Positions 11,107-22,281 of a DNA stretch of 64,000 nt are shown here, piece by piece. Within the stretch, counting starts at the first letter, position 1. Each line of letters starts with the position of its first letter. The notes beneath the pieces were generated by a model. That model ran no database searches and was not told where the DNA came from. It saw only the letters and a list, made by a program, of their open reading frames with translations. Source of the DNA: Prasinococcaceae sp. CCMP 1430 (lineage: Eukaryota > Plantae > Prasinodermophyta); NCBI GenBank assembly GCA_013416795.1, contig RQSC01000958.1:1-64000 (forward strand), read 5' to 3'. The position numbers and the translations under genes were made by a program.

Positions 11107-12207
11107 CTAGCCCTGCATGTATGCGTCCATCTGCTTGTCGAGGGCAGCGCCAGAGACGGGCGGGCCGCGCCCACGCCCGCGCCCACGCCCACGCCCGCGC
11201 CCACCACCGCGCCCGCCGCCGCGTCCGCCGCCCTGCACCATCGGCACCGCAGCGCGCGGCTGCTGCTGTTGCTGCCGCGGCGCACCGAGGCGGTCCGCGA
11301 GACCAGAGCTCGGCGCGGCCACGCCGCCAACGAGGCTGATTCGCATGGGCTTGCCGTCGAGCGTGACGTTGTTGTACTTGTCAAACGCGCGCTGCGCGCC
11401 GCCCGGCGCAGTGAACTCCACCTCAGCGGTGCCGCGGCTGCGGCCGTTCTCATCGAAGTTGACGTTCGCCCTGCGCAGCTTGCCCTCGCTGCCGAAGAGC
11501 TCGCGCACATCTTGCGTGGTGACCTTGGGGCCGAGGTTGGCGACAAAGATCTTCTTCGCGCCCGTGTTAACAGTGACGACGCCCGAAAAGGCGGCCCCAG
11601 CCAGCTGGCGCTGCTGCTGCTGTTTGCGCCCCCCGGACACGTTGGCGAACATGTCGCCAGGCTTGGCGGTCGAGATGCCCTTGCCTTTGCCCTTGCCTTT
11701 GCCCTTGCCCTTGCCTAGGCCGGTCACGGCGGTGACCTGCATTGGCGCTGCACCGCCCTTCGCCTTGCCCTTCTTCTTCACGCCGCCACCGGTCGCCTTG
11801 GGCGAGAGTGCGCTCGCAGTCTTCTTGGGCTTGGGCTTGGGCTTCTGCGCCCTCTTCGCCTTGATCAAGTCTGCGGAGCGCGCCGCGGGCGCATGCGCTT
11901 GTCAGTTTCCTCGTGGCGCCGAGTGCCCCGGCGAGGCGAGCCGCACGCGCCAGGATCACGCGCGACGGCCATCGCCTCCCGCTCCGTCGCACCCCGCGTG
12001 CATCCGTGCGCTCTCCCCCGCGTGTCCACCCGCCGCCGCCGCCGCCGCGCGTCCCGGGGGCGGGCGCGCGCGAATGCCCGATCGGCGCGCGGCGGCGCCG
12101 CGCGGCGCCCCAGCCCCCCACCCACACCCACACGCCCACACACCACCATCATCTCCCTCGCGTGCGCGCGACACACCATCGAGCGACTGGTCCAGGGCGG
12201 ACGCCAT
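11107..12207 (-). CDS. ALY: ALY/REF (THOC4) mRNA export adaptor; exon 1 12177-12207, exon 2 11107-11870
   Basis: Spliced N-terminus MASALDQSLD|DLIKAK (N-terminal UAP56-binding motif), central RRM (KIFVANLGP...RSRGTAEVEF), RGG tract and C-terminal ALDKQMDAYM motif. Confidence 0.92.
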
Positions 12208-12550
12208 CCTCGCGAGCGCTGGGCGCGCCACGCCGGGCGCCGCGCGGTGTGGCCCGCCGACAGCCAGCAGCTGCCGCGCGGGGCCGCGCCGGCGCCGACG
12301 TGGCGTCGATTTTTTTCCCGCCTTTTTTTCCCCGCTCCTTTTCCCCATTTTTTCATTCCTTTTTTTTGCGCGGCGGTCGAACCCCCCAAACGCGGATGAA
12401 AGTCCGGGTGTGAGCCGCAGGGGGGGAACGCCGTTATTTTTATCGCTCCGAGGAAACCGATTAGTCTCCTGAGCAAAAGCGTTCCGCGCATCAACCCCTG
12501 GAAAAAAAAAGTGCAGCGTCGGCAGCGCGGAGCGCCCCACCTCACCTTTG

Positions 12551-12585
12551 GTTTTGATGGCGCGTGCCACCGGCGGCATCAAAAC
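12551..12585. promoter_or_regulatory. 9-bp inverted repeat GTTTTGATG-N17-CATCAAAAC in ALY/RabF2 divergent intergenic region
   Basis: A perfect inverted repeat is visible, and the same core recurs in other divergent intergenic regions. Regulatory role is inferred. Confidence 0.45.
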
Positions 12586-12788
12586 GCATGGCACCTGGGG
12601 CGCGCGCGCGCGCGGGCGCGCGCGCGCGCGCGCCACACAACACTGACTACGAGATCAGCAGGTCGGCCCTCATCGGTGCGTGCGCCCGAGCGCGCCGAGC
12701 CGCAGAGAGGGGGGCAGAGCGGGGTGGGTGCGGAGTGGGGAGAGGCGGGGAGAGAGTCGAGGCGTGCGCCTGCCGCCGCGGGGCCGCG

Positions 12789-14209
12789 ATGGCGGGACCA
12801 GGCGGCGCCGTGCACATGCAGGCCAAGCTGGTGCGTGCGGGAGCGCGCGGGCGGGCGTGTTGGCGCGGGGGGGCGCCAGAGCTGGTTGCGCGGGGAAGCG
12901 CCAGAGCTGGTTGCGCGGCGAGCGCACATGCCTCTGGCGGAGGGGAGAGAGGGCGTGGGGCACTCGATGCCTCACGACCCCCGAGATGCAGCGCCTCGCC
13001 AGGCGGCGCGCTGCACGCGGGCACGCGCAGCAGGCGTGCGCCGAGAGCTGTCGCCGCAGCGACGCGACAGCTGTTTTTTTTGCTCCGGATGGAGCAGCAC
13101 GCGCGCAAACAGCGCCGCCGCACGCCGCACCGCTGACCTTCCTCCCCCCCCCCCCTTCCCACACGCCCACGCTCGCGCACACACACCTCCACCTCCCTCG
13201 CGCCCGCGCAGGTGCTGCTGGGCGACATGGGCGCGGGCAAGTCGTCGCTCGTGCTGCGCTTCTGCAAGGGGCAGTTCTTCGACTACCAGGTGCGGCGCCG
13301 GTGCGCGCGCGAAAAAAAAAAAACGTGGGCGTTGTGCGGCGCGCGCTCTTTTCTCGCCGGTGCGCGCGGTCTTATCCCGCGGTTTCGCGCCGCTCGAGTG
13401 CGCCCGATCGCAAATCGAAAACGTCGGAAGTGTATTTTGAGGAGACGCGTGCATGCATCCGCGCGGTCTGGGCCTGGGTGGGCCCGAGTCATTCGCGGCG
13501 CGCGCGTCCCTCCCCCGCCCCCCCCGCCCCCCGCCAGCCCCGCGCGGAAGGGAGCGCTCCGCGGGCGCTCGCTCCAGCGGCGGCCCCGGCGAGCGCGTGC
13601 GAACGCACGAGCCGCCCGCGTGGAAGCTGACGTTGCGGAGAAACCGCGCCCTGCCGCCGCGCTCGCCCTGCCATGCGCCGCTGCTGCCTGTCGGCCTGCT
13701 TGGCCCGCACCTGATGCGCGCGGCAGGAGTCGACCATCGGCGCAGCGTTCATGACACAGACGGTGAGCGTCAACGACGCGACCGTCAAATTCGAGATCTG
13801 GGATACGGCGGGGCAGGAGCGCTATCACTCGCTCGCGCCGATGTACTACCGTGGGGCCGCGGCTGCGATCATCGTGTTCGACATCACAAACTCAGACTCG
13901 TTCGCGCGCGCGCAGAACTGGGTGCGCGAGCTGCAGCGGACGGGAACGCCCAACCTGGTCATGGCGCTCGCAGGCAACAAGTGCGACCTGCCAGACAAGC
14001 GCAAGGTGGAGAGCGCCGAGGCCCAGGCCTACGCGGATGAGAACGGGCTATTCTACATGGAGACCAGCGCCAAGACCGCAGCGAACGTCAACGAGCTCTT
14101 CTACGAGATCGCGCGAAAGCTTCCGCGCCAGGCGCCTGCGCCGCAGCCAGCGACGCTGCGAATCGACCCGCAGGCAGCCAAGAAGGACAAAAAGGCCGCG
14201 TGCTGCTGA
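12789..14209 (+). CDS. RABF2: Rab5-family GTPase (RabF2-like); exons 12789-12830, 13212-13289, 13727-14209
   Basis: KL|[13 protein letters not shown]|[39 protein letters not shown] and C-terminal CC prenylation motif. All junctions are phase-0 GT-AG. Confidence 0.95.
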
Positions 14210-14514
14210 GGGCGGCGGCCGTGCGTGCGCAGGATCAGGTGGGTGCAGCACGGGGGCCGGGGCTCTTCGCCCTCCCCCCCCCCCGTCCCTCCCCACCCCC
14301 CGGGGCGCGCGCTCCACGCCCGGGCGAATGCCGTCCGAAGCTGCACACAAGGGCTTGCAGCCTGCGTGGCACCGCGCCTGGGGGCGGGCGCGCGGCGAGG
14401 CGTGAGCGAGCTTGTTTGTATTCTCCATCTCCATCAATATGGCCCAGCTCGTAAGCGCGCGCAGAGCACACAATCGCATTGTCCGCAGAGACGCTCGCTC
14501 TCGGGTGCTTCGGG

Positions 14515-16057
14515 CTAGCCCTCCCATGAGAGCTGTGACGTGGTTCTCGACATCGACCTCTCCGTTGCGCTTCCTCTCCGCACGTCCTGGAAGGAGGCGC
14601 TTCTTCGGTACACGGCCGTCTCCTTACGGCTCTGCTCCAGTTGCTCGCGCACACCCCGGCGCCGCGTGGAGACCACCATGCCCGCCCACCAAATGTTGAA
14701 GAGAACCCACAGCGCGCAGCTCGCCCAAAAGATCTTCCTGTCCAAAGAAATGAGGTCCTCTTCGTCGCCATCCTCTTCCCACAAGTTGGGTGGGAGCGTC
14801 AGGGGGCTGACCGCCAGAAGGTACGCCAAGGGTTCCTTGAGGATCACCAACGTGTGGGCCGCTACCACAACCAGGTTGAATGTGAAGCTCCCTAGCGTGT
14901 ATATGTCGAGCATGGTGACATGTGAGATAGGCGGAAGAAGATTGGATAAGTAGAGCTTGTAAGCGATAGCGGCTATGACCAAGTTGAAGTCGTTGTTGTG
15001 CCTGCTGCCCACTTCAGCGGGGTGGATGGCCCACGTGCACAGTGCGCACGTCGTCACCAGGCCGAGGGTGGCCATATTGAACAGGTAGAATTGCGCCTTT
15101 CGCTCCACCTTGAGGGAGACTGTCACGCCAGTGACCAGGCGGCGTGGCAGCTGCTTGGCGAGCACACAGCGCGTGAATGGGTACCGATTCTGGATGCTGA
15201 AGTCGGGCAGGTCGATCGCCGACAGCAGGACGGAGACGGAGGGCGATTTCTCGCTCGTAAGCGGCACGATGTGATAGCGCGTGATATCCAGGCGACTTTC
15301 GAGTTCGATGTCGAAGGTCTGCGTGTCGACCGGAAAGTTTCTGAGGTCGAAGCGCTGGTACAGCCGGAGGACGTGCTCGACGTCCATGCACACGCACTTC
15401 CTTCCGTCGATGGTCTCAAGTGTGTACGAGACTGCTTCGTAGATGATGTGCATGACCTTCCTAATACGGTACTGCAGTGGGCGTGGGCGCGAGCACGCCA
15501 AAGCACGCGTGAGCGGAGGCGTTCGCGAACGAGGGCTGGGTGCAACTTCAGCCAAGTGCGTTGCGTGCTCGCGCCAGGGCGGCACGGCGGCGCGAGCCCA
15601 TAGGTGTGCGCAATCGCGCGCATGCGGGGCGCACCTTGGGGGTCCACTCAGGGATCCAGTCGCCGTCGTCGAGCTCAACCGCTGGCGGATTCTCCCATTC
15701 GGGCAATTCCCACACCATGGTGATAAGCAGAGACACACCGAAGGTCTGCTCGACGGTGCTGGCGTCGAACACGCGCAGCACGTTCAGAGAGGTTTGCACC
15801 TGCCGCGACGTGCTCGGGATCTCCACACCAGCGTAGCTGAAGTTCGTACCCTGCGGCGTGCTGGGAACATCCGCGGCTTCCGCGGCAGCGCGGAGGAAGC
15901 CCCGCCCAAGCGGCGCGGGCGTTGCGAAGTCACCGCCTTCCTTGGCTCTGTCCGCCGCAGCGCGCCGGTGGTCATCGCTGCCATCGCCCCCGCCTCCGTT
16001 CTCTCCCACTTCGCCTCTCTCTCCTCCACTGAGCACCCGCCTCAGAGCGTGCTGCAT
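14515..16057 (-). CDS. Pentameric ligand-gated ion channel-like protein (Cys-less Pro-loop type); intron 15472-15634
   Basis: WTPK|Y (WxP), FDLRNFPVDTQ (F-P-x-D loop), LKVERK pre-M1, and the M2-M3 linker LPPISHVTMLDIY, with four hydrophobic segments. Confidence 0.8.
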
Positions 16058-17042
16058 GGCCACGTCACGTGTTGCCCTCCTCAGTCCTCGCCCCACCCTC
16101 CCGCACGTGAGGCGCCGGGGGTGCCGCCACCCGCTCTCGCGCAATGGCGCGCGCGCGCGCGCGCGCGCGCGTCGAGCGGGTGCCACGCGCCCCGCCCAAG
16201 GGGGCCTCAAGCGCCCCCATCCTCCCCCATTCCTCCCACCCCACACGCACCTCCCTGCGCAGCGCCGGCCCCGACAGCGTCGCGCCGTTCCCCCGCCGAG
16301 GCAAACGCATAGTCGGTTGGTTGGCGAATTGGTCGTTGGCGTGGCAGCTTGCACGTTCCCTTGCTTGCTCCCAAACAAATGCACGTGCAGACAGTACTGT
16401 ACGTTGTCGGTCGGGGTTCCCACCAACCACGGTGTGCTTGTGCTTTCCGATGAGTGTCCGGGTAAATTGCTCCGACCTGTGCCGCTCGCCGCGGCGCGGA
16501 TCCGCCCGGATCCGGATCGAAATCCCGCTGGAGGTCGCGGCGTGAGCGAGGGGGCGGGATCGCCGCGCGCGCGCGCTCCGGCGCGCGCGCGGATCGGCGC
16601 GATCTTCGCGGCGGCGCGCGTGAGGAAAAGGGTGCGTTGTGAGAGGGTTTATGTGCGTCCGCTGTGGATGCAATTTGGTATTTGATTCCGCGGGGTGGCT
16701 CCGGAGCGCTCGCGCTGGTTTGGGTTCGGTGCCCGCCGGCAGCATAGCAGTCGGCGCGCGTGCGCGCGCGCACCCGGGGCCATTTTTTTTTTTGGCGGGG
16801 CGCGCGCGCGCATCTGAATGAGAAACGGTATGCGCGACGTGCGGCCAGGCGCGCTTTCGCGGGGCGCTCCGCAAGATTTGGTCTCGGCCCCCCGCGACAG
16901 CGCGCGGATGAGGGGCCAAAGGAGCGCGGCGGGTGACACACACACACACCGCGGCGCCGCGGCCGCGGCTGTGGTCGGGTCGGTCAGGCGAGGGAGAGGC
17001 GAGGGGACGGGAGGCCCCGCGGACCCTTCGCGCGGCGCGGCG

Positions 17043-18564
17043 ATGGCGGCCGCCAGTGCGGCGGCGGGGCGTGTGCCGCGCGCGATGGTGGCGATGCCGA
17101 GCGCGCGACCGCGCCTGCTGCGGAGCGATGGCGGCAGCGGCGTAGGAGCGCTCGGATTTAGCGCGAGTGCCGCCTTCGGCAGGGGGCTCGCGCGCACTGA
17201 TTACGCGCGCGTGGGCCAGGGAGCGCCCACCACGCCGGTGCGCGCACTGCCTGTCGCGCTCTTCGGCTCGCGCAAGAAGCCGACCCAGTTCAAACGCGGT
17301 TCTGGAACGACAAAGCTGAAAGCAGCGCCCGCGAGGCCAACGCCCAAGTTCCGCTCAGGGACGGCCAAGCTCAAGGGGCCGAAGGCAAAAGCGAAGCCGA
17401 AGCCGAAGCCGAAGCCGAAATCGAAGCCGGCCAGCACCAACAAGTTCAGGCCCACCGCCAAGCCAAAGGCTACGCGCAAGCTCAAAGCCCCCTCCAAGCC
17501 AAAGCCAAGAAAGGCAGCTCCGAAACGGTGCGCGCCGCCGGCCGCCCGCCGCGCGCCGAGCATAGCAGTGGCGCCAGTGAAGGCCAATGTCTGCATTCGC
17601 GAGCTGGTGGGCGAATTCGTTGACGGCCTGTGCGCGCCCGCCTGCCTCACGCAGGCCGATCGCCACGTCGAAATTCAAGGCAAAGCCAAAGCCAAAGAAG
17701 CCCAAGCGGCTGGCGCGGCCCGCCAAGAAGAGGCCCATCACCTCGAAAAGGGGCGCCGCCGCTTCGGGCGGGCGCGCCCCGACGGCGCCTAAACTCGCCG
17801 CCGCAGTCGCAGGCGGCATCGTCGCGCTCGGCCTTGCGCTGCTCGCGGGCGCTCCTACGGCTGCACCGCCTTCAGAGGCTGAGCAGTCGGATGACGTCAC
17901 AGTCATCAGAGCGCCAGAGAAGACGACACCTACCGCACCCGAGAAGGCGACTCCTGCGCCGGCTGTCGCTATCTCGCGGAGCCCTCCGTTGAGGCAGGCG
18001 CCTCGTGCGACGGCGGGGCGACCAACACCACCCGTGGCGAGGAGCACAACTCCCGCTGTGGCGAGCCGTCCGAAGAAGAGTGTCCAGACGACTCGCTCTG
18101 CCCGGCCGCGCCCTGCCCCTGTCCGCAGCCCGCGCCAGCCCCCAGCTCCCCGAGCGAGCCCAACTCCGGTCGCGACGTCCAGCGCGAAGGTCGTGGTGGC
18201 CCCGTTCGCCAGCGTTTCGGTCGACTCTCGGCAGCAACAGCTAATTATCGGCGCCGCCGGCATCGTCGTTTTGCTTGCAGCCCTCGAAGCCTCTACCTCG
18301 AAGAAGGACCAGACCGAAGAGCAGGAAGGTATGTGTGTGCACACGCCGCGGTCGCGCCAACAACTGCGATGGTGCGCGTGGCACTTGTATGCCTGTTTGG
18401 CTGACACAGACAGTGCCTCTGTGCGTCGAGCAGTCGTCGATACACCTGCTCCCGATGAGGCCGAAGCCGAGGGCGAAGCCGAGGCCGAAGCTGACGCCAA
18501 GGCTTCCGAGAACCAGGTCGACGTGCAGTACAACAAAGACAACGACGCCAACAGCCGCAGGTGA
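17043..18564 (+). CDS. Lys/Pro/Ala-rich protein with predicted plastid transit peptide and two hydrophobic helices; introns ~17528-17654 and ~18329-18433
   Basis: Ala/Arg/Ser-rich N-terminus ending VALF, long KPK-repeat region, TM-like AAAVAGGIVALGLALLAG and LIIGAAGIVVLLAAL, acidic tail. Intron 1 splices in frame (KR|PIATSK). Confidence 0.6.
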
Positions 18565-19096
18565 TCCGCCGAACGATCTTCCCGCCTCCGACGCCCGGAC
18601 GCCCATAGACTTTCCATACGATGCGCCCAACGCACCTGGGCGACGCAGCGTAGTAGGCGAACGCTCTCCCTAACCCCCTCACCCGAAACGGTGGGGTACA
18701 GCGAAACGCAACGGTTTGGGTTTTGAGTTAAGGTTTTATTGTAGGGCTTCTCGGCCCACGATCGCGCGCGAGTGCACGGCCACGCGGCAACTGCGGCGAT
18801 CGTCCCCCCGAGAGTGGAGAGGTGGGCAGGGGCCACACGGCGCCCAGAGGGCGGCGCGCGCCGCTCCGCGCGGTGTCGCAGTACGTCTCGACACGCGGCG
18901 ACGGCGCCCGCATGGCTGCGGCCGGCGGCGCGGGGCGCGCGCGCAGCGGCAGTGTGGCGCTCGCAACAAAACAACCATTGCGACAATGCGACCCTCGACG
19001 AAAGCGGAGGCGCGCGGGCAAGCAGTCCTGCGAGCAGCTGTGCCATCAATACACATTCCGATTTAACGGCGGCAGAGTAGCTGCCCGCAAGTCGAG

Positions 19097-20359
19097 CTAT
19101 ATGAGCGACTGCTGGCTCGCTACGGTGCTAAGGGGGGAGGGAGCGGCGCGCACGGTGCCCCGGGGCATCTTGGCCAAATACGAGAGCAGGTTGTACCTCG
19201 CAGGCGGCAGCTCGGCCTGCAGCGGATCGGTCGCCCAGCCGCCTGGAAGATAATTTAACCACAGGTCCATGCCACCGAGGCTCGACAGCAAGGATGAAAG
19301 CTCGGACACCTCCGGCGAGCGTGCGGCGCCGTAGAGGGGACTTTGGGTGAAGTGGTGCACCTCGAGCGCCAACTGGTCGGCTGGGAAGGGCAGCCCACGC
19401 GCCGCGTAGTGGAGCAGCGCCTGGCTGATAAATCCCCACTCGCTGCCCTCAACGTCGACCTTGATAATGTCGACATGCAGGAGGCCCAGCTCATCCAAGA
19501 TCGTTGGCAGAGTGCTCACATTGACCTCCAGGCTTTGGGCAGGGAGCTTGATGCCGGCGTTGCGGCACTGGCGGACGTAAGGCACCGCTTTGTCGCTGCT
19601 GTCTGCGCTGAGCGCGCACTCCCGAGCGTCGAACGGGTGCATGATAGATATCTGCCCCCAGTTATATCCCGCCAGCTTGGCCACACCATCGTGCCCGCCG
19701 GCGCCGACGGGATGGAAGTGAATGCGCTTGTTGTCAAGCAGCCCACTCGACTCGACCCATTTGAGCGTGATTGGCGAGGGGTCGAAGGCGTGCACGGTGC
19801 AATTGAAAGGAGGCAAGCTCAACGCTTCGCTCAGCTGCGGTTGCTGGCGGATGCCAAAGTCAAGCACCACGCACTCCTGCTCGCGTGGCGGGAAGGCGTA
19901 GTCGCCGCGCGGCGAGCGAGTGCACACAGCGTGGTCATAGTCGGTCCCGCAGAAGTTGCTGATCACGTCCACCCCATCGCGAGTCTGGCGTTCGGATTTG
20001 GAAATGCGCTCCTCCTGGCACTGCGTTGCAAATTTGGCCAGCCCGCGTGTGGCGGCAGCGCAGTGCTCATGGCAAAGCGATGTCCGTGCTGTGCATGCGC
20101 CGTGCACCCTGGTCTCCGCAGCGGCCGGGTCGACGCCCAGCCCTGTATGCGCCTCGATCTGCGCCTCGAGCAGCGCCACGCGCCGCGCGAGCTCTCCCGC
20201 GTGGTCCTCCTGGCGCATGTCCACCAACGTCAGCGCGGCGAAGAGCGCCGCCAGCGCCAGCAGTGTGAGGCAGGTGGCGCCGACCCACACACGGCGCCGC
20301 CCCAGCCGGCCTTCTCCTCCGTGCGCGCCGAATGCGCCAGTGCCTGTGGAATGCCGCAT
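19097..20359 (-). CDS. Type II membrane SAM-dependent methyltransferase (METTL24/FkbM-like)
   Basis: N-terminal TM helix, CVVLDFGI, CTVHAFDPSP, TLPTIL..LG...DIIKVDVEGSEW and QLALEVH. Confidence 0.8.
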   Translation of the reverse strand: MRHSTGTGAFGAHGGEGRLGRRRVWVGATCLTLLALAALFAALTLVDMRQEDHAGELARRVALLEAQIEAHTGLGVDPAAAETRVHGACTARTSLCHEHCAAATRGLAKFATQCQEERISKSERQTRDGVDVISNFCGTDYDHAVCTRSPRGDYAFPPREQECVVLDFGIRQQPQLSEALSLPPFNCTVHAFDPSPITLKWVESSGLLDNKRIHFHPVGAGGHDGVAKLAGYNWGQISIMHPFDARECALSADSSDKAVPYVRQCRNAGIKLPAQSLEVNVSTLPTILDELGLLHVDIIKVDVEGSEWGFISQALLHYAARGLPFPADQLALEVHHFTQSPLYGAARSPEVSELSSLLSSLGGMDLWLNYLPGGWATDPLQAELPPARYNLLSYLAKMPRGTVRAAPSPLSTVASQQSLI

Positions 20360-20611
20360 GGCGAGCTATGAGGGAGCAAGGCGCAGCGAGGCGCCGAGGC
20401 CGTGCGCGCGTGGGCCAAGTCGGTCCGCTAAATCGTAGATGCGCCCCTGCGGGCGCGATGCCCGCCGCGTCACGCACGCGCTGCAGCGCGTGTGTGCACT
20501 GTGGCGCGCCAGCGCTCGCCGACAAGTTCTATGGCGAGCTGCGTTTGCATGTGACCTTTATTTGCCGTTCATTTTGCACGCGCGAGAGCTATCGGAACGG
20601 CTGTTGAGTCC

Positions 20612-20742
20612 CATCAGGGTGTGATACATTCTGCCTGCTTAGAAACACATTCAAAGTTGCTGAGTACTCTCGCGAGTTCCATCAGGATGCGATACATTCG
20701 GCCTGCTTCGAAAATGAACGCGTTAAAAGATGCTGAGTACTC
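20612..20742. repeat. Imperfect direct repeat of a ~60-nt unit (2 copies)
   Basis: 20612-20669 and 20680-20742 share CATCAGG, GATACATTC, GCCTGCTT and TGCTGAGTACTC blocks. Confidence 0.85.
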
Positions 20743-20986
20743 AAGCTGTCGCTCGTCGCCCCCCCTGCGTGAGCTCCCGCCGCCACTCGCAGCGCCGCCG
20801 CGCGGCACCTCGATGGGCACCGACAGCGCGCGGGGATGGACGGAGCAGGCGCCGCGTTCGATCGCCCTCCGATCGCGCCCGATCGCCTCGTCCTCCTTGT
20901 ATATACGTTTATTGCCTCACGACGTCTGCGTGTCATCCGCTGTGCCCTGTTCTGTCCCGTGCAACCGCCTGGCATGTCGCGCGCAG

Positions 20987-21639
20987 CTAGTGCTTGGGCA
21001 CCGGCGCGCCACGTCTTTCGAGCTCCTCCTCGAGCGCGTCCATGCAGTCGCTGAGGCGATCGAGCTCCGCGGTGAACTTGGAATGGAGCGCTTGCAGGTC
21101 CTTGACGCCTTCGAAGGAGAGCTTATCGGGCAGCACGAGGGCACCGGACGGGGCGGGCGCCGACGCAGCCGAGCCGCCGGAGCGGCTCGTTTCGGCGGCC
21201 TTAGCTTTGAGGTCTGCCTCTCGCGCCCTCAACTCGAGCTCCTTCTCCTTCAGCTCGAGCTCCTTAGTTTTGGCGGCGAGCTCGGCGTCGGCCTTGGCCT
21301 TCTGCGCCCGGGGCAGCACGCGTCCGCAGCGGACACCGCATCGATCCCGCGGCGATCCGTGCGAACCCCCGCGAAGCAATGTCGAAGTTGAGACGCGCGT
21401 GTGGGTGGGGGTGGGGGGGAGTGAGGGATGCGCGTGGTTAGCAACAAGAAGGAGGCCAAACAATGTTTGCATGCGCCTTTTTATGCACACATTTTCATGG
21501 ATCCTTGCGGAGGAGTGCAAGCGCGGCGCGCGCGCGCGTATGCAGCGCGGCCCACCTGCTGGTCTTGCTGCGCCTGCGCCTGCGCTAGCTGCTGCTGCTG
21601 CGCGGCCGCCCCCTGCTGCGCCTGGGCGTTGGAAATCAT
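20987..21639 (-). CDS. Hypothetical Gln-rich/coiled-coil protein; exons 21556-21639 and 20987-21301
   Basis: MISNAQAQQ...DQQ|KAKADAEL... is a phase-0 GT-AG join; heptad-like ELELKEKELEL and LDRLSDCMDALEEEL. Confidence 0.55.
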
Positions 21640-22281
21640 CTCGTGGCGGCGCACCGTGCGGCGCGCCGTGCGCCGCGCACGGCGGCGGCGTGTGGCGTCG
21701 CCCCCATTGCCCCGTTCATGCGGCCGTAACCGAATGCGGACGGAACATCGCGCACCCGATCCAGCACACGTGCAACGACAAGCAAGCCACCCGGCCCAGT
21801 TTCCGGCCCGGGCGCTGCAGCGGACGCCGCCCCGCTGGATGTCGCGGGGGCTTCGCTGGGCACCGGCGCCGGCGCCCGGCTCTCACCCGCCAGGGACACC
21901 CATCTTCGGCTGCAGATGGCGGACGGCCGCCGCCGTCCTCGTCCTCCCACAGCCTGGCGCGCGCGCGCGCTGCCGTGCTGGGCGCGCGCGGCGCCACGAA
22001 GAGGCGCTCATCAGGAATCATCCGACGGGCCGTGACCGCGCGCGCGCGCAATACGCGCCCGGGGAACGGCCCGGTTGTGACCATCAAAGCGAAAGGGGGC
22101 GCTCCCAGCAATGCAGATGCGAAAGTGCGAATGGTCGCGAACGCCCCTCCGTGAAAGGAGGCGCCAGTGCGCGGGTCTTGCACTGAAGGCAATGGTCTTG
22201 GCGCCGCGAGCACGCCAGAAATGTTCAGTATTAGAAGTCCGCTATCGTATTAGACTAGCCTAGGGGGGAGTGGCGGGCGAG

